Positions 55,316 through 64,000 of a stretch of 64,000 bases of DNA are shown here, piece after piece. The stretch covers positions 27,261-91,260 of the forward strand of contig CAYTEN010000001.1 in NCBI GenBank assembly GCA_964436775.1, given 5' to 3'. Every line of letters begins with the position of its first letter. Within the stretch, counting starts at the first letter, position 1. The position numbers and the translations under genes are program-made. The notes beneath the pieces were generated by a model, which worked only from the letters and a program-made list of their open reading frames with translations, was not told the origin of the DNA and made no database searches. The DNA is from an uncultured Ignavibacterium sp. Lineage in GTDB: Bacteria > Bacteroidota > Ignavibacteria > Ignavibacteriales > Ignavibacteriaceae.

Positions 55316-58300
55316 TCAAAAAGCTGATAATTTAAATATAATCGAACCGACCCAGCAGGATGTAAATTATTGGAGAAGTTTTGAAGAATTGCATAATGAT
55401 CCAAATGTTTTAGAAGCAAGAAATCATGAATTTAAAGAAGGTACAACAGATGACTTTGATCCATTGCACTTATCTTCTATTTCCAGACGGAAATTTTTTG
55501 CATTGTTAGGAGCATCTGCTGCGCTAGCTGGAACTGCCTGTACAGATTATCGAGATAAAGGTGAAATTGTTCCCTACAATGTCAAACCTGAGGAAATTAC
55601 TATTGGAAAACCAAATTTTTATGCTTCTACTTGTACAGTTTGTCCTAATGCTTGCGGAATATTAGTTAGGACTCGTGAAGGAAGGCCTATTAAAGTTGAT
55701 GGTAATCCAGATCATCCTGTTAATAAGGGTAAAATTTGTTCTAAAGGGCAGGCAAATGTTCTAAATCTTTACGATCCCGAAAGACTTAGAACACCGCTTA
55801 AAAAAAATGAAACCGGATTTGATGAAATAAGCTGGAAAGATATTGATAATGAGATTCTTGCTACATTACTTTTTGCAGGAAATAGAGAAGTAGCAATCAT
55901 TACAAATACTATCACATCTCCAACTACAAAGAAAGTTTTGGATGATTTCACTCAAAAATTTCCAACTACAAAGATATATCCATACGAATTATTTAATGAT
56001 TCAATAAAAAATACTGCCTGGCAGAAATGTTATGGAACCGGAAATTATCCTTTATTGAAATGGGATGATGCAAAAGTTATAGTTTCACTAGAATCAGATT
56101 TCTTGGGTGTTGAAAACAATAGAATTGAAACGGCAAGAATGTTTGCTGAAAGTAGGAATGTCAATGATAAAAAATTTAATCGATTATATGTTATTGAAAG
56201 TAATCTTAGTCTTACTGGTTTAAACTCTGATTACAGATTAAGATTAAGACCTGATGCCCAATATGAATTTATAATGAGTTTGATAAATGAGTTGAAGACA
56301 AAAGAAGCAATAAATGTTTCATTAAATACTTCATCTTTTTCTCTTTCTTCATTTGCTTCCAAGTACAATCTTAAAAAAGATATTCTAAATCATCTTTTAA
56401 CTGATCTCCTATCCAACAAGGGTCGTACAATTATAAATGCCGGAAATTCTTTACCTGAGAAGGTCCATATTGCTGTGAATATTTTAAATTTTGCTTTAGG
56501 TAATTCAAAGTTGTACAGAAATGACTCATCTAAAAATAATTTATTGGATTTCTCCTCTACAAAAGATTTCGAACAATTAATAACAAAAATTAATAATGGC
56601 AATGTAGCGGCTGTAATACATTTAGATTGTAATCCCGTTTACCATTTAGCGCAGGATTTAGATTATGAAAAAGCTCTTGATAAAGTCGATATTGTTGTTG
56701 CATTATGTGAAAGAGACAGCGAGACAACGCATGCTAGTAATTATGTTCTTCCTATAAATCACAATTTTGAAAGTTGGGGAGATTCAAAAACCAGAACTGG
56801 TGTCATTTCTTTACAGCAACCTGTAATAGCACCGCTTGGAAATTCTAGACAAAAAGAGGCTATTCTTCTAACTTGGATTAGTGGCAAAACTGACGCTTTT
56901 TCAGAAAACTTATATCATGAATACTTGATGAAAAATTGGGAATCATCAATTTATCCTAAAATAAATTCACCTTTAGATTTCCGGAGATTCTGGTTTGGCG
57001 CTTTACACGATGGTATTGTCTTCACCAACGATGATGTTTCAGTTGCGACATCATTGCTTCCCAATGTGTTTTCACAAATGACTGCCGATGCTCAAAATCC
57101 TGAAGGTTATATAGTTATTTTGAGGGAAAGTTATCAGATTGGCGACGGAAGATTGGCACATAATGGTTGGTTACAGGAATTACCACATCCAATATCAAAA
57201 ATAACGTGGGATAATTATGCTGCTGTTTCTGAAAAAACTTGTAAAGCATTAGAAATAGAAAATAATGACTTAATTGAAATAACAGCAGGGAATAGAAAAC
57301 TGACTTTACCAGTTTTTATGCAAGCTGGAACCGCCGATGATGTTATTGCTATTGAATTAGGTTATGGAAGAAAGGATTCTGGTACTGTTGCTAGTGGAGC
57401 TGGTTTTAATGCAAATATTCTGATTTCCAAAAACAATGATCTGTCACCATGGATTTATACAAATGTATCAGTTAAGAAAACTGGGAAGAATTATGATTTA
57501 GCTTCGTCGCAAGAACATCATGCTTTTGATGATCCAAGTACAAAAGATTTACATAAATCAAGACATATAATCCAAGAGGGCACAGTTGCCGGTTATTTGA
57601 AGAATCCAAAGTTTATAAAAGAAAAACAAGAAGAAGATTTACCAAGCGTCTATGAACCACATCCGTATAATGGACTAAAATGGGGAATGGCAATTGATCT
57701 AAATAAATGTATTGGTTGCGGTGATTGTGTAATTGCTTGTAACGTTGAAAATAATATTCCGGTAGTTGGAAAAGATCAGGTTTTAAAGAGTAGGGAGATG
57801 CAGTGGTTAAGAATTGATAGATATTATTCAGGTACTGCCGATGATCCAAGTGTGAGTATTCAACCTATGCTTTGTCAACACTGTGATCAGGCGCCTTGTG
57901 AAAATGTTTGCCCTGTTGCAGCAACAAATCATAGTCCCGATGGATTAAATCAAATGGTTTATAACAGATGTGTCGGAACGCGTTACTGTTCTAATAACTG
58001 TCCATACAAAGTAAGAAGATTTAACTTCTTCAACTTCAGAGATCACTATAAAGATAGTTACCAGGAAAACCCTATACTTGCATTAATGCAGAATCCTGAA
58101 GTTACAGTCAGATCTCGAGGAGTAATGGAAAAATGTACTTTCTGTGTTCAGAGAATTGCTGAAGCAAGAGCAGATTCCACTCACGATAAACGAGAGCTTA
58201 AGGGTAGTGATGTCACAACGGCTTGCCAGGATGCTTGCGGAACAACCGCTATCCATTTTGGAGATATAAATGATAAAAAATCAGAATTTTATAAATATCG

Positions 58301-58400
58301 AAATCACGAACTTGGGTATTATGTGCTTGAAGAACTTAACATTAAACCGAATGTTACATACATCGCCAAACTTAGAAACATCCATTCGGAGGAAGCATAG
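55308..58400 (+). CDS. actB: Alternative complex III subunit ActB (molybdopterin-oxidoreductase-like module fused to 4Fe-4S ferredoxin module)
   Basis: TAT signal '[17 protein letters not shown]', N-terminal Cys cluster 'CTVCPNACG...CSKGQ', and C-terminal FeS motifs '[11 protein letters not shown]', '[14 protein letters not shown]', '[12 protein letters not shown]', 'CTFCVQR'. Confidence 0.92.
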   Translation: MSDQKADNLNIIEPTQQDVNYWRSFEELHNDPNVLEARNHEFKEGTTDDFDPLHLSSISRRKFFALLGASAALAGTACTDYRDKGEIVPYNVKPEEITIGKPNFYASTCTVCPNACGILVRTREGRPIKVDGNPDHPVNKGKICSKGQANVLNLYDPERLRTPLKKNETGFDEISWKDIDNEILATLLFAGNREVAIITNTITSPTTKKVLDDFTQKFPTTKIYPYELFNDSIKNTAWQKCYGTGNYPLLKWDDAKVIVSLESDFLGVENNRIETARMFAESRNVNDKKFNRLYVIESNLSLTGLNSDYRLRLRPDAQYEFIMSLINELKTKEAINVSLNTSSFSLSSFASKYNLKKDILNHLLTDLLSNKGRTIINAGNSLPEKVHIAVNILNFALGNSKLYRNDSSKNNLLDFSSTKDFEQLITKINNGNVAAVIHLDCNPVYHLAQDLDYEKALDKVDIVVALCERDSETTHASNYVLPINHNFESWGDSKTRTGVISLQQPVIAPLGNSRQKEAILLTWISGKTDAFSENLYHEYLMKNWESSIYPKINSPLDFRRFWFGALHDGIVFTNDDVSVATSLLPNVFSQMTADAQNPEGYIVILRESYQIGDGRLAHNGWLQELPHPISKITWDNYAAVSEKTCKALEIENNDLIEITAGNRKLTLPVFMQAGTADDVIAIELGYGRKDSGTVASGAGFNANILISKNNDLSPWIYTNVSVKKTGKNYDLASSQEHHAFDDPSTKDLHKSRHIIQEGTVAGYLKNPKFIKEKQEEDLPSVYEPHPYNGLKWGMAIDLNKCIGCGDCVIACNVENNIPVVGKDQVLKSREMQWLRIDRYYSGTADDPSVSIQPMLCQHCDQAPCENVCPVAATNHSPDGLNQMVYNRCVGTRYCSNNCPYKVRRFNFFNFRDHYKDSYQENPILALMQNPEVTVRSRGVMEKCTFCVQRIAEARADSTHDKRELKGSDVTTACQDACGTTAIHFGDINDKKSEFYKYRNHELGYYVLEELNIKPNVTYIAKLRNIHSEEA

Positions 58401-59776
58401 TGAATATTGATTACTCCCAGGAAGCTCCTGTTGTAGCAGGAAGATTATCGCTAGTTCAGATTGAAGAATTGGTTGCACAACCAATGGATCTAAAGCCCGA
58501 TAAAAAATATTTTATTGCGCTTTCTATTTCAAGTTCAATATTACTAATCGGAGCTATCTGCCTCGCATTCAGTATTTACTATGGAACCGGACTTTGGGGA
58601 AACAATCAACCTGTTGGCTGGGCTTTTCCGATTGTAAATTTTGTTTTTTGGGTTGGTATTGGTCATGCAGGCACTTTGATATCAGCAATTTTATTTCTAT
58701 TAAGACAGAAATGGCGTACAGGTATTGCAAGATTTGCTGAAGCGATGACGATTTTTGCTGTTATGTGTGCCGGGATATTTCCTGTTATACACACAGGTCG
58801 ACCATGGTTAGCAGGTTATTTAATACCATATCCAAATCAGCATGGTCTTTGGGTGAATTTTACATCACCGCTTGTGTGGGATGTTTTTGCAGTTTCGACA
58901 TATTTTACTGTTTCATTAGTCTTCTGGTATGTCGGGCTCATTCCGGACTTTGCAACTTTAAGGGATAGAACTGCTTCAAAACTTAAAAAAAATATTTATT
59001 CGATTTTCTCATTGGGCTGGAGGCATTCAAACAGACATTGGACTCATTACGAAAAAGCCTATATGCTTCTTGCTGGATTTGCCACCCCATTGGTGCTATC
59101 TGTTCATACTATAGTTAGTTTTGACTTTGCTGTTTCAATTCTTCCAGGCTGGCACTCGACAATTTTCCCACCGTACTTTGTAGCCGGTGCAATTTTTTCA
59201 GGATTTGCGATGGTTGTAACTGTATTAGTTTTTGTTAGAAAAATATTTAATCTGGAACAAATAATTACTCTTGATCATCTCGAGAAAATGAATAAAATCA
59301 TTCTTGCGACAGGAATGATGGTTGGTTATTCTTATGCAATGGAATTTTTTATAGCTTGGTATAGCGGAGTTCCTGCTGAACAATTTGTATTCATAAATAG
59401 AGCTTTTGGCCATTTTGCCTGGGCTTACTGGATAATGGTAAGCTGTAATGTACTCATCCCACAATTCTTCTGGTTTAAGAAAATAAGAAGATCAGTACCC
59501 ATTATGATGGTAATTGTGATTTTAGTTAATGTGGGTATGTGGTTTGAAAGATTTGTTATTGTAGTAACATCACTTAGCCGGGATTTTCTCCCATCAAGTT
59601 GGGCATATTATAAACCAACAGTTTTTGATATCGGAATTCTTCTTGGAAGTTTCGGATTGTTTTTTACACTTGTGATCCTTTTTACTAAATCCTTACCTGT
59701 GGTTTCAATTTCGGAAATAAAAGCTGTTGCTGATGGTGCTCAACCTACGCATCACGGAGATGAGCATCATGCATAA
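58400..59776 (+). CDS. actC: Alternative complex III subunit ActC (NrfD/PsrC-like quinol-interacting membrane subunit)
   Basis: About 10 TM helices. '[35 protein letters not shown]' is typical of NrfD-family subunits. Position after actB. Confidence 0.9.
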   Translation: MNIDYSQEAPVVAGRLSLVQIEELVAQPMDLKPDKKYFIALSISSSILLIGAICLAFSIYYGTGLWGNNQPVGWAFPIVNFVFWVGIGHAGTLISAILFLLRQKWRTGIARFAEAMTIFAVMCAGIFPVIHTGRPWLAGYLIPYPNQHGLWVNFTSPLVWDVFAVSTYFTVSLVFWYVGLIPDFATLRDRTASKLKKNIYSIFSLGWRHSNRHWTHYEKAYMLLAGFATPLVLSVHTIVSFDFAVSILPGWHSTIFPPYFVAGAIFSGFAMVVTVLVFVRKIFNLEQIITLDHLEKMNKIILATGMMVGYSYAMEFFIAWYSGVPAEQFVFINRAFGHFAWAYWIMVSCNVLIPQFFWFKKIRRSVPIMMVIVILVNVGMWFERFVIVVTSLSRDFLPSSWAYYKPTVFDIGILLGSFGLFFTLVILFTKSLPVVSISEIKAVADGAQPTHHGDEHHA

Positions 59777-60935
59777 CGATAAAAAATTATTTGGAATCGC
59801 AGCTACATTTATAACTCCTAATGAAATTATTAATGCTGCAAGAAAAATTGCAGCTGCAGGATTCTCGCAATTTGATGTAAACACACCTTATCCAGTTCAT
59901 GGTATGGATGATGCAATGAAGTTGAAACCTTCAAAGCTTGGGTTTGTGACTTTGGTGATGGGATTATTGGGTGCTTCGTCAGCATTACTTTTTATGTACT
60001 GGACCATGTCTGTTGACTATAGGATTGTAATAGGCGGAAAACCATTTTTTGCTTTACCTGCTTTTATCCCAGTCACTTTTGAAGTAACGGTATTATTGGC
60101 CACAGTTGCAACTGTTGTTGCGATGATCGCATTGTTTTTCAGATTACCTGACAATAAACATCCATTGCATGATACTGAATATATGAAGAGTGTGTCAGCT
60201 GATAAATTCGGCATTATCATTGAAACTTCGGATGTGAAGTTTGATGAGAAAACAGTTAAAGAGTTTATTCAAAATCTTCATCCATTTAATGTGGAGATGA
60301 TTTATTATCCTGAAGAAGAATCATATCCAATCTTTCAGCCAAAATTTATTGCATTTTTAATTGTAATTGCAGTCTTAGTATCAGGTACTACTTATGTTAC
60401 ATTAAATAAACTTTTATACATTACTCCTTACAACTGGATGATGGAGCAGGATAAATTAAATCCGCAGAAAGAAAGTAATCTTTTTGCAGACAAGTATGGA
60501 ATGAGAATCCCAGTAGAAGGAACAGTTGCAAGGGGATTTATTCCTTATCCATTTAAAGGACAGACTAATCCTACTGAAGTTTTATCAAATCCTTTCTTAC
60601 CAACCAAAGAAAACCTGGCATTAGGAAAAGCTAAGTTTAACATTTACTGCAGTCCATGTCACGGTTATTTTGCAGATGGAGATAGCAGACTTAGAGGTCA
60701 GTTTCCAAATCCACCAACTCTTCATTCCAAAAGGGCACTAGATTTTAGTGATGGGATGATTTATCATATAATTACAAACGGACAAAATGTTATGCCATCC
60801 TACGCTTCACAAATTACAAGAGATGAAAGATGGGCTATTGTTAACTACGTAAGAGTTTTACAGCTTGCAAAAAACGCTAAGGATTCAGATTTAATTGAGA
60901 TCAATAAGGAGACCGGTAGCAATGGCACAAACTGA
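59769..60935 (+). CDS. Fused ActD (DUF3341) - ActE (monoheme cytochrome c) subunit of alternative complex III
   Basis: The N-half '[44 protein letters not shown]' plus 2 TM is ActD-like. An extra TM '[18 protein letters not shown]' follows, then a cytochrome c domain with 'CSPCHG' and 'MPSY'. The ATG at 59769 overlaps the actC stop. Confidence 0.85.
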   Translation: MHNDKKLFGIAATFITPNEIINAARKIAAAGFSQFDVNTPYPVHGMDDAMKLKPSKLGFVTLVMGLLGASSALLFMYWTMSVDYRIVIGGKPFFALPAFIPVTFEVTVLLATVATVVAMIALFFRLPDNKHPLHDTEYMKSVSADKFGIIIETSDVKFDEKTVKEFIQNLHPFNVEMIYYPEEESYPIFQPKFIAFLIVIAVLVSGTTYVTLNKLLYITPYNWMMEQDKLNPQKESNLFADKYGMRIPVEGTVARGFIPYPFKGQTNPTEVLSNPFLPTKENLALGKAKFNIYCSPCHGYFADGDSRLRGQFPNPPTLHSKRALDFSDGMIYHIITNGQNVMPSYASQITRDERWAIVNYVRVLQLAKNAKDSDLIEINKETGSNGTN

Positions 60936-62112
60936 AATTAACTATCAGAAAAAAGATTTACCAGCTGGTTTATTTAAGATAGGATTGATACTTTTTCTTG
61001 CTGGATCAATATTAGCTATTCTTGCTTTTTTTATTGATCAAGAAAGAGCAGTGTTTAATTATCTTGTTACTTATATGATGATTGTGAGCATAGGTCTTGG
61101 CTCGCTGTTCCTAATTGCATTAGAATACATTGCAGGTGCCGATTGGAGTACTCCTATTAGAAGAATTCCTGAGTTCTTTGCCGGACTCTTACCTGTATTA
61201 CTTTTATTAGTTATTCCATTATTTATTTTTAATCATGATCTTTTCCATTGGGCTCATAAAGAAGCTATTGCTGATGATAAAATCTTACAAGGCAAAGCTC
61301 CTTATCTTAACGTTACATTCTTTATTGTTAGGACAATTATTTTTATAGGATTGTGGAGTTTATTCTATTGGGCAATGTCTAAAAATTCCCAAAAACAGGA
61401 CGAAACAAAGGATCAAACACTAACAAAAAAAAATATACGTTTAGGTGCTATATTCATTCCTGTATTTGCTCTCAGTATCACTTTTACTGCAATTGATTTT
61501 ATGATGAGCCTTGAACCACATTGGTTCTCAACAATTTTTGGAGTTTATTATTTTTCAGGAACAGTTGTAGCCGCTTTGGCTGCGGTTACAATAGCTGTGG
61601 TTTTGCTAAAAGAAAAAGGATACTTTAGTCCCTGGATGACTAATGATCATCTTTATAGTCTTGGATCCTTAATGTTTGCATTCATAAACTTCTGGGCTTA
61701 TATAGCCTTCTCTCAGTTCTTGTTAATATGGTATGCAGATTTACCTGAAGAAACATTTTGGTTTTTAACTCGTTGGAATGGTAGCTGGGCATTCTTCTCA
61801 ATATTTTTAATTATTGTACAATTTGCAGTCCCATATTTTGCTCTTCTCACGCAACCGTCAAAAATGAATCCCAAAGTTTTAAAGTTTATTGCAATTTGGT
61901 TGTTGTTTGCACATCTATTTGATTTGTTTTGGTTAATAATGCCGAATATGGCATCTATGAAAAACGGATATGTATTTAGTTGGATAGATTTTGTATTTCC
62001 GATTGCTGGTATTGGATTAGTAATGTTAATATTTAATATGCGTTCAAAGAAAGAGAATCTTATACCGATAGGGGATCCAAAATTAAAAAGAGGAATTGAT
62101 TTTCATCTCTAA
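60922..62112 (+). CDS. actF: Alternative complex III subunit ActF (second NrfD-like membrane subunit)
   Basis: Polytopic membrane protein after actD/E. The ATG at 60922 overlaps the upstream stop (ATGGCACAAACTGA). Confidence 0.85.
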   Translation: MAQTEINYQKKDLPAGLFKIGLILFLAGSILAILAFFIDQERAVFNYLVTYMMIVSIGLGSLFLIALEYIAGADWSTPIRRIPEFFAGLLPVLLLLVIPLFIFNHDLFHWAHKEAIADDKILQGKAPYLNVTFFIVRTIIFIGLWSLFYWAMSKNSQKQDETKDQTLTKKNIRLGAIFIPVFALSITFTAIDFMMSLEPHWFSTIFGVYYFSGTVVAALAAVTIAVVLLKEKGYFSPWMTNDHLYSLGSLMFAFINFWAYIAFSQFLLIWYADLPEETFWFLTRWNGSWAFFSIFLIIVQFAVPYFALLTQPSKMNPKVLKFIAIWLLFAHLFDLFWLIMPNMASMKNGYVFSWIDFVFPIAGIGLVMLIFNMRSKKENLIPIGDPKLKRGIDFHL

Positions 62113-62137
62113 TATTTTCTGAGATTTAAGGTTTTAT

Positions 62138-63067
62138 ATGAAAGACATTTTAGCTGGCATAAAAAGTAAAACTAGGCAGCATTTGAAAAATCCGGGAGCA
62201 GTTTTTGGATTATTGTATCCATATATTCTTGTAGTCGGATTAGTAATAGGAATTTACTATGTAAAAAACCTAGATAATATTTCAAGAGAAAATGTGCCTC
62301 CGGTTATTCAAGATACTACCGTTGTAGCTGATCTAATTTTGAAAAACGCTGTTTTTGTTCCACCTGTTAAAGTGCTTAAATTGAAAAATTCTACACCTGA
62401 GTTATTGGCTGAGGGTGAAAAGCTCTTTACATCAAACTGTTCTTCATGCCATGGTGAAAATGGAGCAGGTGGTGGTCCTGCTTCAAAAGGGCTAAACCCA
62501 GCACCACGTAATTTCACCTCGAAGGATAATTGGATAAATGGAACTAAGGTTTCACAAATTTATACAACACTTCAGGAAGGATTGCCACCAAGTGCTATGG
62601 CATCATATGATTATTTATTACCTGAACAGAAATTTGCTCTGGCGCATTACATTAGAAATACTTTTATTCCTAATCCTACTAATGATACCGATGATGATTT
62701 ACAAGCTCTTGATGCAACTTATAATTTATCAGCAGGTCAGCAAATTCCAGCACAAATTCCAGTTGCCAAAGCTTCTATGTTGATTATAACAGAAAATGAA
62801 AATCAAGTAAATAAAGTTAAATCTGCTTTGAATACATTAAATACTTTATCAAATGAAAATGGATTTAATGTGTTTAATAAAGTTTCAAAAGATTCTAAAA
62901 TCGCTTTGTCATTCCTACTGAAAAATGAGAGTTGGAAAGGAAGTTTATCAGATTTTATTAATCTTGTTGTTAACAATGTAAATCAAAATGGATTTAACGG
63001 TTCTGTATTTAATTTGAAGAACGATGAATGGTTATCCTTGCATAATTTTATGTTAAAATTAATTTAA
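62138..63067 (+). CDS. Membrane-anchored class I c-type cytochrome with C-terminal domain of unknown function
   Basis: N-terminal TM 'VFGLLYPYILVVGLVIGIYYV', heme site 'CSSCHG', distal 'PPSAMASY'. About 130 aa of unassigned C-terminal sequence. Confidence 0.75.
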   Translation: MKDILAGIKSKTRQHLKNPGAVFGLLYPYILVVGLVIGIYYVKNLDNISRENVPPVIQDTTVVADLILKNAVFVPPVKVLKLKNSTPELLAEGEKLFTSNCSSCHGENGAGGGPASKGLNPAPRNFTSKDNWINGTKVSQIYTTLQEGLPPSAMASYDYLLPEQKFALAHYIRNTFIPNPTNDTDDDLQALDATYNLSAGQQIPAQIPVAKASMLIITENENQVNKVKSALNTLNTLSNENGFNVFNKVSKDSKIALSFLLKNESWKGSLSDFINLVVNNVNQNGFNGSVFNLKNDEWLSLHNFMLKLI

Positions 63068-63079
63068 ATTCTGTTAACT

Positions 63080-63874
63080 ATGAAGAATATTTTATTACTC
63101 ATTTCGTTTGTGACTCTAATCTCTGCTTATACTTTTGCTGATGAAAAGCATATTGAAGTTGGCATTGATGAACAACTTGGTAAAAAAATTCCCTTGCAGG
63201 AATCATTTAAAGATGAGGATGGAAATACAGTTGTTCTGAAAGATCTTTTTACGAAACCAACAGTGTTATCATTTGTTTATTACAACTGTCCCGGAATATG
63301 CAGTCCGCTTTTACTGAGTTTGGCGGATGTTGTTAATAAATCAGACCTTATTACTGGAGTTGATTATAACATTGTTGTTATAAGTATGAATGAATTGGAA
63401 ACTCCAAAAGATGCATTGACAAAAAAGCATACTATTTTTCAGGCATTAGATAAAGAGATACCTCCCGAAAGCTGGAGATTTTTGACTGGTGATAGCGTTA
63501 CAATAAAAAAAGTTGCAGATGCTGCCGGTTTTTACTTTAAAAGACAAGGCAAGGATTTTTTGCACACAGGTGCATTCATATTCGTGGATAAAGATGGTAA
63601 AATTTGCAGATATCTTATCCCGAGTTTTAATGAAAGAAGTGGATTTGGGATACTACCATTTGATTTTAAAATGGCTATTATCGAGACATCTGAAGGAAAG
63701 ATTTCACCTACTATATCAAAAGTCTTACAGTTATGTTTTAGATATGATCCGGAAGGAAAGACTTATGTATTAAGTTTAACAAGAATTTTTGGTGCGATTA
63801 TCCTAATAGTAGTTATTATTTTCTTGATTTATTTAAGGTTTAAACCTAAAAAAGATTTTATTAAAGCGAGGTAA
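63080..63874 (+). CDS. SCO1/SenC copper chaperone
   Basis: Thioredoxin fold with 'YYNCPGICSP' (CxxxC) and a downstream His ('DFLHTGAFIF'). C-terminal TM helix. Confidence 0.85.
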   Translation: MKNILLLISFVTLISAYTFADEKHIEVGIDEQLGKKIPLQESFKDEDGNTVVLKDLFTKPTVLSFVYYNCPGICSPLLLSLADVVNKSDLITGVDYNIVVISMNELETPKDALTKKHTIFQALDKEIPPESWRFLTGDSVTIKKVADAAGFYFKRQGKDFLHTGAFIFVDKDGKICRYLIPSFNERSGFGILPFDFKMAIIETSEGKISPTISKVLQLCFRYDPEGKTYVLSLTRIFGAIILIVVIIFLIYLRFKPKKDFIKAR

Positions 63875-63882
63875 TTTTATAA

Positions 63883-64000
63883 ATGAGTGAAACATTAACA
63901 GTTCCAATAAATGGAAAGCATCCAAGTTATTTAGAATATCAAGGTAAACATAAAGGCTTGCTTGGTTGGATACTTTCTACTGATCATAAAAGAATCGGCA
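63883..64000 (+). CDS. Heme-copper (cytochrome c) oxidase subunit I, 5' fragment (runs off window)
   Basis: 'GLLGWILSTDHKRIG' matches the conserved subunit I N-terminal motif (W..T.DHK.IG). Only 39 codons are visible. Confidence 0.7.
   Translation, partial: MSETLTVPINGKHPSYLEYQGKHKGLLGWILSTDHKRIG

Noticed and set aside
1-64000. Scan for CRISPR arrays, transposases/integrases, prophage, toxin-antitoxin or known defence-system genes, and rRNA
   Set aside because: No regularly spaced direct repeats and no ORFs with DDE/tyrosine/serine recombinase, Cas or phage structural motifs. The window looks like core chromosome rather than an accessory island.

Overview
AT-rich (by eye about one-third G+C; not computed), densely coding bacterial chromosomal segment. 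It holds about 70 CDS and 3 tRNAs, with no rRNA, no CRISPR array and no recognisable transposase, integrase or phage genes. Gene content points to the FCB group (Ignavibacteriota/Bacteroidota/Chlorobiota-like): type IX secretion genes porU-porV, at least three proteins with Por_Secre_tail-type C-terminal sorting domains, and ExbB/ExbD/TonB. There is also an alternative complex III operon (actA, actB, actC, fused actD-actE, actF) followed by a membrane cytochrome c, SCO1 and the start of heme-copper oxidase subunit I. Housekeeping blocks include nfeD-SPFH, purC, pgsA-pgpA-cinA-thpR-recA-recX, nth, der, upp, relA/spoT, ruvX, tmk and an S41 protease. Most worth a second look: (1) Two translationally coupled BMC (microcompartment shell) domain genes at 49.6-50.7 kb have no pentamer, cargo or signature enzyme nearby; the second carries a long disordered tail ending in a SAP/Rho_N-like motif. 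(2) The 12-kb porU-porV block continues into an M6-like T9SS cargo protein whose HExxH site is degenerate, then into a peptidase/beta-propeller/Omp85-like-barrel gene broken by a +1 frame change at TTT-AGG. (3) A phhA + animal-type PTPS + folE + SDR cluster looks like tetrahydrobiopterin synthesis. (4) An unlisted 58-codon ORF sits between actA and actB, and actD is fused to actE. (5) A ~95-nt GC-rich palindromic element is present in two copies. All functional calls come from reading motifs by eye; no database search was run.
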